Of a stretch of DNA of 64,000 bases, positions 1 to 9,425 are shown one piece after another (positions within the stretch are counted from its first letter, which is position 1; every line of letters starts with the position of its first letter). This DNA comes from Nitrospirota bacterium (GTDB taxonomy: Bacteria; Nitrospirota; UBA9217): contig OY760142.1 of assembly GCA_963663225.1 (NCBI GenBank), positions 1,792,001 through 1,856,000 on the forward strand, written 5' to 3'. The notes beneath the pieces are model-generated. The model was given only the letters and a program-made list of their open reading frames with translations, did no database searches and was not told where the DNA came from. The position numbers and the translations under genes were made by a program.

Positions 1-531
1 AAGGTGGCCAAATTGGTATTATATGGACCGCTCTGGAGCTATACGACGACGCCTCCCTTCACCGTCCCGGAGAATTTGTCCGCATACCGGATGGTGTCGA
101 TGGATTCGGCAAAACAGCGATGGCTCAGAGGTGTTCCGGAAGACAAACAAGGTACTTTGATTCCTGCCGGGTGGTATGAAGCCTGGGCCAAGGCAACGCT
201 GGCTTCCGACCCCGGCGGCAGCGCAATGAGTCCTCCGGTGTTGCGGGCCCCGAACGGGGTTTTGCAGGATTTCCGTGACTATTTCCTCGTTGCAAAACCC
301 TATTATGATCCCTCGGAAATCCGCGTCCCTGCTCTGCTCATTGTGGGCGACTTGGATATGGACACACCTCCGTATATGTCAGAAGCGGTTTTTTCCAAAT
401 TATCGAACGCGCCGTACAAACGCAGGATAATCATCGGCGACGGGACGCATACCGTGATGATGGAGCGCAATCGCATGCAGTTGTTTAATGAAGTGCAGCA
501 GTTCCTGGAGGAAAAAGCAGGCACCAAATAA
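1..531 (+). CDS. Alpha/beta hydrolase, C-terminal part (5' truncated by window edge)
   Basis: IRVPALLIVGDLD and DGTHTVMME resemble the catalytic Asp and His motifs of the alpha/beta fold. Confidence 0.75.
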   Translation, partial: KVAKLVLYGPLWSYTTTPPFTVPENLSAYRMVSMDSAKQRWLRGVPEDKQGTLIPAGWYEAWAKATLASDPGGSAMSPPVLRAPNGVLQDFRDYFLVAKPYYDPSEIRVPALLIVGDLDMDTPPYMSEAVFSKLSNAPYKRRIIIGDGTHTVMMERNRMQLFNEVQQFLEEKAGTK

Positions 532-544
532 AGATTAAGCGTAC

Positions 545-580
545 GAGAGGGCCGTGGTGTGAACCATGGCCCTCTCTCTT
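545..580 (+). terminator. Intrinsic terminator-like hairpin
   Basis: GAGAGGGCCGTGG-6 nt-CCATGGCCCTCTC followed by TCTT, just after the stop codon. Confidence 0.6.
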
Positions 581-831
581 ATACCGGACAATCAAATAAT
601 CTGACGGCTCTGATGCGGTAATCATTCCGATGTCGTTTTTTGCAGTGCCATTTCTCCAGCAATAACGAACATGTTCGCTTCCCTTCCTCTCCTTATTACA
701 GCCGGCTGCACAATTCTTCCAAATACCCGGCACCTCCAATACATCTCGATTCGCGCTATAATGTGAATAATCGCGTTGCTAATAAGTGTCCGGCCGCTGA
801 TTTCATTTCCGAAGTTCAAGGAGCCGCTGCC

Positions 832-1857
832 ATGAAAGCCCTTTATTATGACGAGTTGAAAGGATACAAGAGCATTAAGGCCGGCGATTTGCCGGTGCCT
901 GAGATCAACGAGTCTGAAGCTCTTGTCCGCGTGAAAGCCTTTTCCCTGAACCATCTCGATGTGTGGGTGATGAACGGTACATATCCGGTCCGGATTCCGT
1001 TGCCGCATATTTTCGCCTCCGATGCGGCGGGTATCGTGGAAGAGGTGGGGAAAAACGTCCAGCATGTCAGGCCGGGCGACGAAGTGATTATTTTCCCCGG
1101 AATGTCGTGCGGGCATTGCGAACGGTGTATAAGCGGGCGTGACAATGAATGCAGCAGTTTCTCCAATCTCGGCGTTGTCAATAGCGGCGTATCTGCAGAA
1201 TACACAGCCGTTTCCGCCGCAAATCTTTTCAAAAAGCCGGAAGGACTTTCTTTCGAGGAGGCAGCGGGGATCTGCATCACGTACGCAACGGCCTGGAACT
1301 CGCTGGTTGCGCGCGCGGGCATTTGCCAGGGAGACACGGTTCTGATTCATGCAGCCGGCAGCGGGACGGGTACGGCCCTCATCCAGGTCGCTAAACTGTA
1401 TCATGCCACCGTCATCACCACCGTAGGCGACGAATGGAAAGAACCAAAGGCAAAAGCGTTGGGTGCCGACTTTGTCATTAATTACACAAAAGAGGATTTC
1501 GAAACAGCTGTGAAGCGGATAACCGGAGGAAATCTTGTGGACATCGTGGTTGATCATGTCGGGGCTTCGATTTTCAACAAATCTCTTTCCTGTCTGAAGC
1601 GGGGAGGGAAGGCGGTCACCTTTGGCGCTACTGCCGGAAACGACGTCTCTGTCAGCCTGAGGCATTTGTTCGGAAAAAACATCACGATTCATGGGATCTA
1701 TGTCGGGCCGAGGGCCGCAGTCCCTGAGTATCTTAAGCTGTTCCCGCATAATCTCAGAACGGTTGTCGATTCCGTATTCGAGTTCGGGGATGTGCAGAAA
1801 GCGTATGAAAAACTGCTGAGCAGGCAATTTTTCGGTAAAATCATTGTGAACGTTTGA
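832..1857 (+). CDS. Zinc-binding alcohol dehydrogenase / quinone oxidoreductase (MDR family)
   Basis: AAGGAG RBS before ATG832; structural Zn motif CGHCERCISGRDNEC; AAGSGTG nucleotide-binding loop; FFGKIIV C-terminus. Confidence 0.9.
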   Translation: MKALYYDELKGYKSIKAGDLPVPEINESEALVRVKAFSLNHLDVWVMNGTYPVRIPLPHIFASDAAGIVEEVGKNVQHVRPGDEVIIFPGMSCGHCERCISGRDNECSSFSNLGVVNSGVSAEYTAVSAANLFKKPEGLSFEEAAGICITYATAWNSLVARAGICQGDTVLIHAAGSGTGTALIQVAKLYHATVITTVGDEWKEPKAKALGADFVINYTKEDFETAVKRITGGNLVDIVVDHVGASIFNKSLSCLKRGGKAVTFGATAGNDVSVSLRHLFGKNITIHGIYVGPRAAVPEYLKLFPHNLRTVVDSVFEFGDVQKAYEKLLSRQFFGKIIVNV

Positions 1858-2069
1858 GGTATGAAACGCAAAAGTCATCTTCCCTGCACACAGCGGTTGC
1901 GAGGAGCACAGCTGTGGTTTTCACGATCCCGGCTTTAAAAACTTTTTTCCCTGTTCATCAACCTGCAGAATTTTCCTGTCCTGAAACAACTTGAAATCCA
2001 GATCGCTTTATGAAATAATAACAAAATTGCAAAAACTGAAAAGGTATTTTTACCGGAGGCCAATACAAG

Positions 2070-2879
2070 ATGATGCTTCTCGAAGCGATACTACTGGGGA
2101 TTGTGCAGGGGGTTACTGAATTCCTGCCGATCAGTTCTTCAGCCCACTTGATTCTTCTCCCCTGGATGTTTGGATGGCATGGCACGTTGATAGACAGCCT
2201 GACCTTTGATGTGGCGCTGCACGCCGGGACGCTTGTTTCAATCCTGGCCTATTTCTGGAAGGACTGGCTGGAGTTGTTCCGCAAGTTTTTCTCCGGACTG
2301 GGCGACGGCACCTGGAAAACCGGGGAAGGCAGGTTCGTATGGTTCATCGTTCTGGCGACGATTCCCGCCGGGATTCTGGGCCTCAAATTCGAGCACATGG
2401 TCGAAGAATATTTCAGAAGCCCCATGCTGATCGTGGTCACCCTCATTGTCGTCAGTGCCTTGATGTGGGTGGTTGACCGTTTTTCATCAAAGCTCGCGAA
2501 TCTTGAGCGGATGACGCTCGGCCATGCCCTGTTTATCGGATGTGCGCAGGCGCTTGCACTGGTGCCGGGAGTGTCCCGCTCCGGCATTACCATTGTCGCA
2601 GGCCTGATGACCGGGTACACGCGTGCGAGCGCTGCGCGGTTTTCTTTCCTTCTGTCCACGCCGGTGATTGCCGGGGCCGCAGTTCTGAAACTGGCGAAAG
2701 TGCATCTTGCCCCCGGAGAACTGGCCCCGTTTTTATTAGGGACTGCTTTTTCCGCACTGGTCGGCTACCTGTGCATAAAATTTTTGCTCCATTATCTGAA
2801 CAGGCATTCTTTAAACCTTTTCATCGGGTATCGTCTGGTTTTGGCTGCTGCCGTCATTCTTTTGCTGGTTGTGCGGTAA
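2070..2879 (+). CDS. uppP: Undecaprenyl-diphosphate phosphatase
   Basis: GIVQGVTEFLPISSSAH and PGVSRSG signature motifs; multiple TM helices. Confidence 0.96.
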   Translation: MMLLEAILLGIVQGVTEFLPISSSAHLILLPWMFGWHGTLIDSLTFDVALHAGTLVSILAYFWKDWLELFRKFFSGLGDGTWKTGEGRFVWFIVLATIPAGILGLKFEHMVEEYFRSPMLIVVTLIVVSALMWVVDRFSSKLANLERMTLGHALFIGCAQALALVPGVSRSGITIVAGLMTGYTRASAARFSFLLSTPVIAGAAVLKLAKVHLAPGELAPFLLGTAFSALVGYLCIKFLLHYLNRHSLNLFIGYRLVLAAAVILLLVVR

Positions 2880-2953
2880 TTGCCGTAGAAAATCTCCGCA
2901 CGGCCCGGAGCAGCGTGGACGCAGTATGAAAATATCCTGAAGCAAAGGACGTT

Positions 2954-5164
2954 ATGGCAGTCTCTCTTGTCAAACATAAGCACTGGAATGAAATGGCCGG
3001 TCTGCTGCTGCTCGCCCTGGGCCTTCTGATAATGCTTAGCCTCATTTCCTACAGCGCAGCGGACCCCTGTTTCAGCGTTGCGAGCACCGGCGCGGAGCTC
3101 AAAAACTCCATCGGATTGGTCGGCGCCTATTTCTCGGACATTCTCCTCCGGCTTTTCGGAGCTTCCGCCTACCTTATTCCCCTGTTCTTTTTTGGATATG
3201 CCGTGTTTCTGATGCTCGCCAAAGAGGCAGTCCACCCGCATCTCAAAAAAATCGGCGGCGTTGTGCTGTTCATTTCTCTGTCTGCATTTTTCGGGCTTGA
3301 GAGCGAAACCGTCAAATTATTCGGTGAAGAAATCCCGTCGGGAGGCATGCTCGGCGGTATTCTCGCCCGCCTGCTTGTAGGTGGGGTTTCCGCTGTCGGG
3401 GCGCACATTATTACCATTACCGCCGTTATTATTTCCCTTATGCTGCTCACGCCGTTCTCGCCTCTGAAGGCCCTTGCCTGGCTTCGCGCGCAGTATGTCC
3501 GGTTGTCTGAGCATCTGGAGCTCCTTCTCGCCGTTCATCAGGGGCGCAAGGAAAAAGCACGAGAGGCGCGGGAACAGGCAGCCCCTCCTCCCGAACCGCC
3601 AAAAATCGTCGAAGCGCAGAAGCCGCAGCAGGCTGCCGTACAGCCGCGCGTGGTCAGGCCGGAAAAACCGCAAAAACCTGTTCAGGAAGCATTCGGATTC
3701 ATGGAGACAAAGGATGCAAATACCGCCGGAGAAGCGTATCAGCTTCCGGTCCCCGAACTGCTTGACCCGCTGCCGCCTGCGGCAAAAAAAATCTCCAAGG
3801 AGGACATGCTCGCCCAATCGGAGCTGCTTGCCCGCAAGCTGCAGGATTTCGACATCGAGGGCCGGGTGACGCAGGTGTATCCGGGGCCGGTCGTCACCAT
3901 GTTCGAGTACGAACCCGCTCCCGGTGTAAAAGTGAGCAAGATCGTCAATCTTTCCGATGACCTAGCGCTTGCCATGAAGGCCGCGAGCGTGCGCATCGTT
4001 GCGCCGTTGCCGGGCAAGGCCGCCGTGGGGATCGAGGTGCCGAACAACACCCGGGAAACGGTCTATTTCCGGCAGATCATCGAATCGTCCGAGTACCGCG
4101 CGCATAAATCAAAACTCAAGGTGCCGCTGGGAAAGGATATCTTCGGAGCGTCGGTCCTGAGCTCCATCGATAAAATGCCCCACCTCTTGGTTGCGGGTGC
4201 GACGGGTTCGGGCAAGAGCGTGGCCATCAATTCCATCATTCTCGCACTGCTGTACAATGCGCAGCCGAACGAGGTCAAGCTGGTACTGGTCGACCCGAAA
4301 ATGCTGGAGCTTTCTCTCTACAACGATATTCCGCATCTTCTGACACCCGTGGTCACGCAGCCCAAGCGGGCCGCAGAAACATTGCGCGCCCTGGTGGCCG
4401 AAATGGAACGGCGCTACCGCCAGCTGGCTGACAAGGGCTCGAAGAACATCGATTCCTATAACAAGGCGGTGCCCGAGGCCGAGCGCTTGCCGTACATCGT
4501 GGTGATTATCGATGAACTGGCGGACCTGATGATGACCGTGCAGCGCGAGGTGGAAGACTCCATCATGCGCCTGGCGCAGATGGCGCGCGCCGCCGGAATT
4601 CACCTGATTGTGGCAACGCAGCGCCCGAGCGTGGACGTCATCACCGGCCTGATCAAAGCCAATCTGCCGGCGCGCGTTTCCTTCCAGGTTTCGTCCAAAA
4701 CAGACTCGCGCACCATCCTCGACGCCAATGGAGCGGAAAATCTGCTGGGCATGGGCGACATGCTGTTTCAGCCGCCGGGAACCGCCCATCTTATCCGCGT
4801 GCACGGCTGCTTTGTCTCCGAGGCGGAAATCAAACGGGTGGTGGAATTTGTAAAAAAACAGGCAAAACCGAATTATGAACTGCTGGCCCGCCGCGCCAAA
4901 GAGGTTGTGGAAGCGGAGGCCGCGTCCGCGGAAGACAGCGAACGCGACGAACTGTACAACCGCGCCGTGGAGCTTGTGCAGATGAACGGACAGGCATCCA
5001 CGTCTTTTATTCAGCGGAGACTCCGGGTGGGTTACAACCGCGCGGCGCGCATGATCGAAATGATGGAAGAAGACGGCATTGTCGGGCCCGCGGACGGCGC
5101 AAAGCCGCGCCCGGTGCTGGTGCGTAAGAACATGGACGGAACTGTACGGGATTTTGATGAGTAA
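2954..5164 (+). CDS. ftsK: DNA translocase FtsK/SpoIIIE
   Basis: N-terminal 4TM region, PHLLVAGATGSGKS Walker A, IIDELADLM, ATQRPSVDVITG, C-terminal gamma domain (QRRLRVGYNRAAR). Confidence 0.97.
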   Translation: MAVSLVKHKHWNEMAGLLLLALGLLIMLSLISYSAADPCFSVASTGAELKNSIGLVGAYFSDILLRLFGASAYLIPLFFFGYAVFLMLAKEAVHPHLKKIGGVVLFISLSAFFGLESETVKLFGEEIPSGGMLGGILARLLVGGVSAVGAHIITITAVIISLMLLTPFSPLKALAWLRAQYVRLSEHLELLLAVHQGRKEKAREAREQAAPPPEPPKIVEAQKPQQAAVQPRVVRPEKPQKPVQEAFGFMETKDANTAGEAYQLPVPELLDPLPPAAKKISKEDMLAQSELLARKLQDFDIEGRVTQVYPGPVVTMFEYEPAPGVKVSKIVNLSDDLALAMKAASVRIVAPLPGKAAVGIEVPNNTRETVYFRQIIESSEYRAHKSKLKVPLGKDIFGASVLSSIDKMPHLLVAGATGSGKSVAINSIILALLYNAQPNEVKLVLVDPKMLELSLYNDIPHLLTPVVTQPKRAAETLRALVAEMERRYRQLADKGSKNIDSYNKAVPEAERLPYIVVIIDELADLMMTVQREVEDSIMRLAQMARAAGIHLIVATQRPSVDVITGLIKANLPARVSFQVSSKTDSRTILDANGAENLLGMGDMLFQPPGTAHLIRVHGCFVSEAEIKRVVEFVKKQAKPNYELLARRAKEVVEAEAASAEDSERDELYNRAVELVQMNGQASTSFIQRRLRVGYNRAARMIEMMEEDGIVGPADGAKPRPVLVRKNMDGTVRDFDE

Positions 5165-5261
5165 AGCATAGAACCTTTTCGGATTGAACGCGGTGCTGCC
5201 AATTTCCCGTTAGAGAACGCGAACAGAAATGCTGCAAATCATTGCCTGAAAGGAAGAAACA

Positions 5262-5567
5262 ATGCCGGAATTTTCCAATCCGTTTACTGTTCTGAAAAAT
5301 GACCGAAAGCTGACCCCCGAAGAGCTGGTGCGTTCTATTCGATTTATGATCGCCGCAGAATATGAAGCCATACAACTCTATCAGCAGACTGCGGAGAGCA
5401 CCGACAACGCACTTGCGAAAGCGGTTCTCTTAGACGTCGCGAACGAGGAAAAAGAGCATGCAGGAGAATTTCTTCGCTTGCTGCGCGAGTTGGACCCGGA
5501 GGAGGAAAATTTTTACAAGGAAGGCTCCGGGGAAGTCGAGGAGATGATCAAGAAGCTGAAAAAATAG
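5262..5567 (+). CDS. Small ferritin-like protein (encapsulated-ferritin/rubrerythrin-like half bundle)
   Basis: EYEAIQLY and EEKEHAGEF ferroxidase-type motifs in a 101 aa protein. Confidence 0.85.
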   Translation: MPEFSNPFTVLKNDRKLTPEELVRSIRFMIAAEYEAIQLYQQTAESTDNALAKAVLLDVANEEKEHAGEFLRLLRELDPEEENFYKEGSGEVEEMIKKLKK

Positions 5568-5619
5568 TCGCTCCCGCTCGAACATCTGTTTTACTTCATC
5601 ATGATGAAGGATTCTACTC

Positions 5620-6315
5620 ATGGACTTTAATTTCCGTACGCAGCGCCGTTCAGCTTCCTTTTTTCTTTTCGTTATCCTTTCCGTGTTCCTCCTGTCGGTC
5701 GTGCCTGCGGCGGAATCAAGAGACATGCTGCTGCACATTGTTACGGACTGTCTTGACGTCAATGCGCGGGATTACTGCGGAACGTGTCTGGCACCCCGCA
5801 CCGGCAGTTCTTGTGCTGCTGACCGCGAATGCAAAGCAACAACGGAGGTTTGGGCGGAAAGCGCCGAATATGTCGTTATCCGCGACAGAAAAATGTGCGG
5901 CTGCCCGTCTGACTTCGTGCATGGCCTTGCAATACCGATCAGCAGAGTGCGCGGCATCGAAGACCCGCAAAAACCGGACGGCATCTGGGATTTTGCATGG
6001 TCAGAGGCGAAAAAGCGGATTCCGGACGAATCCTCGATCGGATTGGCTGTCAACCCATCAGGAAAGCGGAGCCAGGACCAGCTCCACATCCACATCGTCC
6101 GCTTGCAAAATGATACGCGGCAGCGTCTCGCAGGAACAAAACCGCTCTCTGTGCCGACGCTCGACGCCGTCTGGAAAGCCGCAGCGAAAAAGGCGGCGGA
6201 AGAGCATCTGGACGACTACGGTGTTCTGGTGGCAAAAAACCCGAAAAACGGCTTTCTTGTATTGGTCGAAGAACAAAGTCCTGAAAAAGCATATACTCTC
6301 TGGAAATGCCGGTAG
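5620..6315 (+). CDS. cdh: CDP-diacylglycerol pyrophosphatase family protein
   Basis: N-terminal signal/anchor; RVRGIEDP and AVN...RSQDQLHIHI motifs typical of Cdh. Confidence 0.75.
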   Translation: MDFNFRTQRRSASFFLFVILSVFLLSVVPAAESRDMLLHIVTDCLDVNARDYCGTCLAPRTGSSCAADRECKATTEVWAESAEYVVIRDRKMCGCPSDFVHGLAIPISRVRGIEDPQKPDGIWDFAWSEAKKRIPDESSIGLAVNPSGKRSQDQLHIHIVRLQNDTRQRLAGTKPLSVPTLDAVWKAAAKKAAEEHLDDYGVLVAKNPKNGFLVLVEEQSPEKAYTLWKCR

Positions 6316-6368
6316 CAAAGGCCGAAACAAGGTCATTTTCCATCTTTTCAGCCCGCAGTATTTATGAT

Positions 6369-7049
6369 ATGATGCACCGCATGCGAATCTCCCCTTTGAC
6401 CGTTCTTGCCAGTTCTTTTTTTTGTGCGGCCTGTTTTTTTATCCTGTCCCCGGCGGCCGCTTCGGAAGCGGGAACATCTGCAGTCGGGGCAAAAGATGAG
6501 GTCATCCAAACGGTGGAGAACCACTACCGCAATACGAATGATCTGACTGCCGGCGTGGTGCAGAAGACCGCTCTGAAGACTCTTGGCAAAACGCAAAAAT
6601 TCGACGGAACCCTGAAGATCAAAAAACCGGGAAAACTCCGGCTTGAGTATTCGAACGGGCAGCTGGTTGTAATCGACGGGAAGACGGCATTGTTTTATTC
6701 CAAAAAAAGCGAACAGGTGATCAAAAAAGCATTTACGGATTTTGCACACATGAACATTCCTGTTTCCTTTTTGCTGGGCGCCGCACATATTCGTGATGAT
6801 TTCAGCGTGCACCTGCCTGATGCCAAGACCCCCCGCATGCTGGAACTTGTTCCCTTGAAACAGGGTGCGGCCATGAAGAAGCTGACCATGCAGACCGATG
6901 AAACGGGCCGCATTCTGCAGATGACCATATTCGACAAATCCGGAAACGTGACGGAAATTCAATTTACCGACGTACGGGAGAATATCGGCATTGACGATCA
7001 GGCTTTTGTGTTCAAGGCGCCCAGGGGAACGGAGATTATCGAACAGTAG
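6369..7049 (+). CDS. lolA: Outer-membrane lipoprotein carrier protein LolA
   Basis: Signal peptide; KKPGKLRLEY...QLVVIDGK motif; F-K-A-P-x-G-T-E-I-I C-terminus; near ftsK. Start uncertain (6369/6372/6381). Confidence 0.85.
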   Translation: MMHRMRISPLTVLASSFFCAACFFILSPAAASEAGTSAVGAKDEVIQTVENHYRNTNDLTAGVVQKTALKTLGKTQKFDGTLKIKKPGKLRLEYSNGQLVVIDGKTALFYSKKSEQVIKKAFTDFAHMNIPVSFLLGAAHIRDDFSVHLPDAKTPRMLELVPLKQGAAMKKLTMQTDETGRILQMTIFDKSGNVTEIQFTDVRENIGIDDQAFVFKAPRGTEIIEQ

Positions 7050-7095
7050 TCCGATACCGAGTGCAGAGTACTGACTTCAGAAACCGGAGGTTGTT

Positions 7096-7593
7096 ATGGC
7101 TGCGGAGAACTCATTTGACATCGTTTCGAAGATAGACATGGCCGAGGTTACGAACGCGGTGAGCCAAGCAATGAAGGAAATCAGCCAGCGCTTTGATTTT
7201 AAAGGAAGCAAATCGAACATCACGCAGGAAAAAGACGCTTTAGTGATTATTTCCGACGATGAATACAAGCTCAAGAGCGTGGTCGACATTCTGCAGACCA
7301 AGCTTGTCAAGCGGGGCGTGCCCATCAAAAACCTGTCATACGGGAAAGTGGAAGCGGCCCTTGCGGGAACCGTGCGCCAGCGTCTGACGCTGCAGCAGGG
7401 GATACCGACGGACAAGGCCAAAGAAATCGTGAAAGCGATCAAGGACGCTAAGATGAAAGTGCAGGCCTCGATCCAGTCGGACCAGGTCCGCGTTTCGGGC
7501 AAGAACAGGGACGACCTCCAGGCCGTGATTCAACTCCTGAAAGGAAAGGAGTTCAACCTCGAACTTCAGTTTACAAATTACCGAAGCACCTAG
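7096..7593 (+). CDS. yajQ: YajQ family nucleotide (c-di-GMP)-binding protein
   Basis: [43 protein letters not shown] motifs. Confidence 0.95.
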   Translation: MAAENSFDIVSKIDMAEVTNAVSQAMKEISQRFDFKGSKSNITQEKDALVIISDDEYKLKSVVDILQTKLVKRGVPIKNLSYGKVEAALAGTVRQRLTLQQGIPTDKAKEIVKAIKDAKMKVQASIQSDQVRVSGKNRDDLQAVIQLLKGKEFNLELQFTNYRST

Positions 7594-7608
7594 TTCGCAA
7601 CAGCGGTC

Positions 7609-7701
7609 CATGCTGCAGGATTGCTGCCGGGTAAATCCTGCAGCATGCGTCCGATCTTGTGATGACGGCCAGCCATTCGTTCAGAATGCTGGCCGTTTTT
7701 T
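7609..7701 (+). terminator. Perfect 14 bp inverted repeat followed by an intrinsic terminator
   Basis: CATGCTGCAGGATT(7609-22)/AATCCTGCAGCATG(7634-47); ACGGCCAG..CTGGCCGT plus T-tract at 7665-7701. Confidence 0.7.
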
Positions 7702-7759
7702 ATTGTGCAGGTTCCGGTTCGTTTGCCGCCGGTTAAGCCGCCGGAAGGAAGCATTAAAC

Positions 7760-7787
7760 TTGCTTTTTTTGTCTAAACTGATATAAT
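7760..7787 (+). promoter_or_regulatory. Sigma70-type promoter of the chemosensory cluster
   Basis: TTGCTT-16 nt-TATAAT with extended -10 TG, 30 nt upstream of ATG7817. Confidence 0.6.
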
Positions 7788-7816
7788 TTTTTGATACCGT
7801 TTGCCGGAGAAAACGC

Positions 7817-8977
7817 ATGAGTCTTGTGGGCAGACTGGAAGATCTCGCGCTGCCTGACATCTTCCAGATCATCAGTTTGAGCAAAAAAACCGGAACACTG
7901 ATCGCTCGAAGCCGCAGAGGGACGGGGATGGTTGTGTTCAAGGACGGCCAGGTGATCCAGGCCGCATCCGACAGCATCCGGGATTCCCTGGGCAATATTC
8001 TGGTATCGCAAGGCATGGTGACTGAGTCTGTCCTGGCAAAGGCGTTGGCGCTTCAGAAAACAGACGTCGACAAGCCGCTCGGCATGATCCTGGTTGAGAT
8101 GGGGGCGGTGTCGGCGCAGACGCTGGAGACGCTCATCCGCAAGCAAATCGAGGAAATTGTCTACGACCTGCTCGGCTGGGAAGAAGGTTTTTTTAATTTC
8201 GAGCTGGGCGAGATTGCTCCCAAGGACAAAATCGCGGTTGATACGCAGCAGTTTTTACTTCGGGCAGGAATCAGCGCTGAATATCTTCTTATGGAAGGGA
8301 CCCGGCTCATCGATGAACGGAGGAAGGATACGCCGGCTCCGGCGCCTGTTGCCCCTTCCGCTTCCAGACCTGCCTCTCCTCCGCCTCCGCAGCAAACCAA
8401 TTACGAACCGGCACGCGAGGAATTCCGGACCCGGATCGAACAGGAACAACCGTCGCAGGAAATCACCGCACTGAAATCCATGTTTGATGAACTGCGGTTT
8501 CCCACTGCCACGGCAGAAGTGACCCTGCTCATACTGCGGTACGCCAGTGAAGTGGTAAACCGCGCAATTCTTTTCATGGTCAAGAAGGACGAAGTGCGCG
8601 GTCTTGGCCAGTTCGGCATGGAGCTTGCGGGGCGTTCAGCTGACCAGGTCGTGCGCAGCATCAGGATTCCTCTGAACAAGCCTTCTCTCTTTTTAAAGGT
8701 CATAGAAAACCGCACCAGCTATGTCGGCCCTTTTGAAGCAAATGAAACGGGCAACTATCTCATGAATGAACTTGGCGGAGTAATGGCAGAGCAGGTGCTG
8801 GCCATACCCCTTATCGTGGACGGGAAGGTCGCACTGATCGTATACGGCGATAACGTGCCGGAGCGAAAGCCGATCAGGGGCGCGGATACACTCGAAATTT
8901 TCATGAACCAGGCGGGGATGGCCCTGGAAAAAGCGCTGCTGGCAAAAAGACTGGCCGAACTTCAGAAGGAGAAGTGA
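7817..8977 (+). CDS. DUF4388 (PATAN-like) protein with MshEN-like insert and C-terminal GAF-like domain
   Basis: MSLVGRLEDLALPDIFQIIS..KKTGTL start, WEEGFFNF motif, Pro-rich linker, C-terminal LAIPLIVDGKVALIVYGDN. Confidence 0.8.
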   Translation: MSLVGRLEDLALPDIFQIISLSKKTGTLIARSRRGTGMVVFKDGQVIQAASDSIRDSLGNILVSQGMVTESVLAKALALQKTDVDKPLGMILVEMGAVSAQTLETLIRKQIEEIVYDLLGWEEGFFNFELGEIAPKDKIAVDTQQFLLRAGISAEYLLMEGTRLIDERRKDTPAPAPVAPSASRPASPPPPQQTNYEPAREEFRTRIEQEQPSQEITALKSMFDELRFPTATAEVTLLILRYASEVVNRAILFMVKKDEVRGLGQFGMELAGRSADQVVRSIRIPLNKPSLFLKVIENRTSYVGPFEANETGNYLMNELGGVMAEQVLAIPLIVDGKVALIVYGDNVPERKPIRGADTLEIFMNQAGMALEKALLAKRLAELQKEK

Positions 8978-9354
8978 TGAAAAACGTCCTGCTTGTGGAG
9001 GATTCAAAGTCTATTCGGTCCATGATGCGGGTATCACTGGAAGAAGCAGGCAACTATTTTTTTGTGGAGGCCGGGAGCGGCTTCGAGGCCCTGAAAGCCC
9101 TCCCTTCGCGCCGCTTCGATCTTATCATCACCGATATCAATATGCCCGACATCAACGGTCTGGAGCTGATCGGGTACGTAAAATCCAATCCGACCTATCG
9201 TGACATTCCTCTTATCATCGTTAGCACTGAAAAAAGCGCGGAAGACAAAAAACGGGGCCTGGCACTCGGGGCCGCCGGTTATGTGGTAAAACCATTTACC
9301 AAGGAAGAGCTCAGACACATGGTGACGGCCGTCCTGAAAGAGACGCTCGCGTAA
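8974..9354 (+). CDS. cheY: Single-domain response regulator (CheY-like)
   Basis: LVEDS, TDINMP (phosphoacceptor Asp), VKPF; overlaps upstream stop. Confidence 0.9.
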   Translation: MMKNVLLVEDSKSIRSMMRVSLEEAGNYFFVEAGSGFEALKALPSRRFDLIITDINMPDINGLELIGYVKSNPTYRDIPLIIVSTEKSAEDKKRGLALGAAGYVVKPFTKEELRHMVTAVLKETLA

Positions 9355-9425
9355 GGCGCGTCTCGCCCGGGATGCACAAACAGTTTGTATCTTCTTGTAT
9401 CCCGCACTCGTAAAGGGGTGATCCC

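Noticed and set aside
640-831. N-terminal extension of the MDR dehydrogenase in the ORF track
   Set aside because: An RBS and family-typical MKA start lie at 832; the upstream part looks non-coding
622-1878. 418 aa antisense ORF, and similar long antisense ORFs (9618-10811, 11382-12254, 18310-19242, 39998-40885)
   Set aside because: Shadow frames opposite well-supported genes in GC-rich DNA; no recognisable motifs
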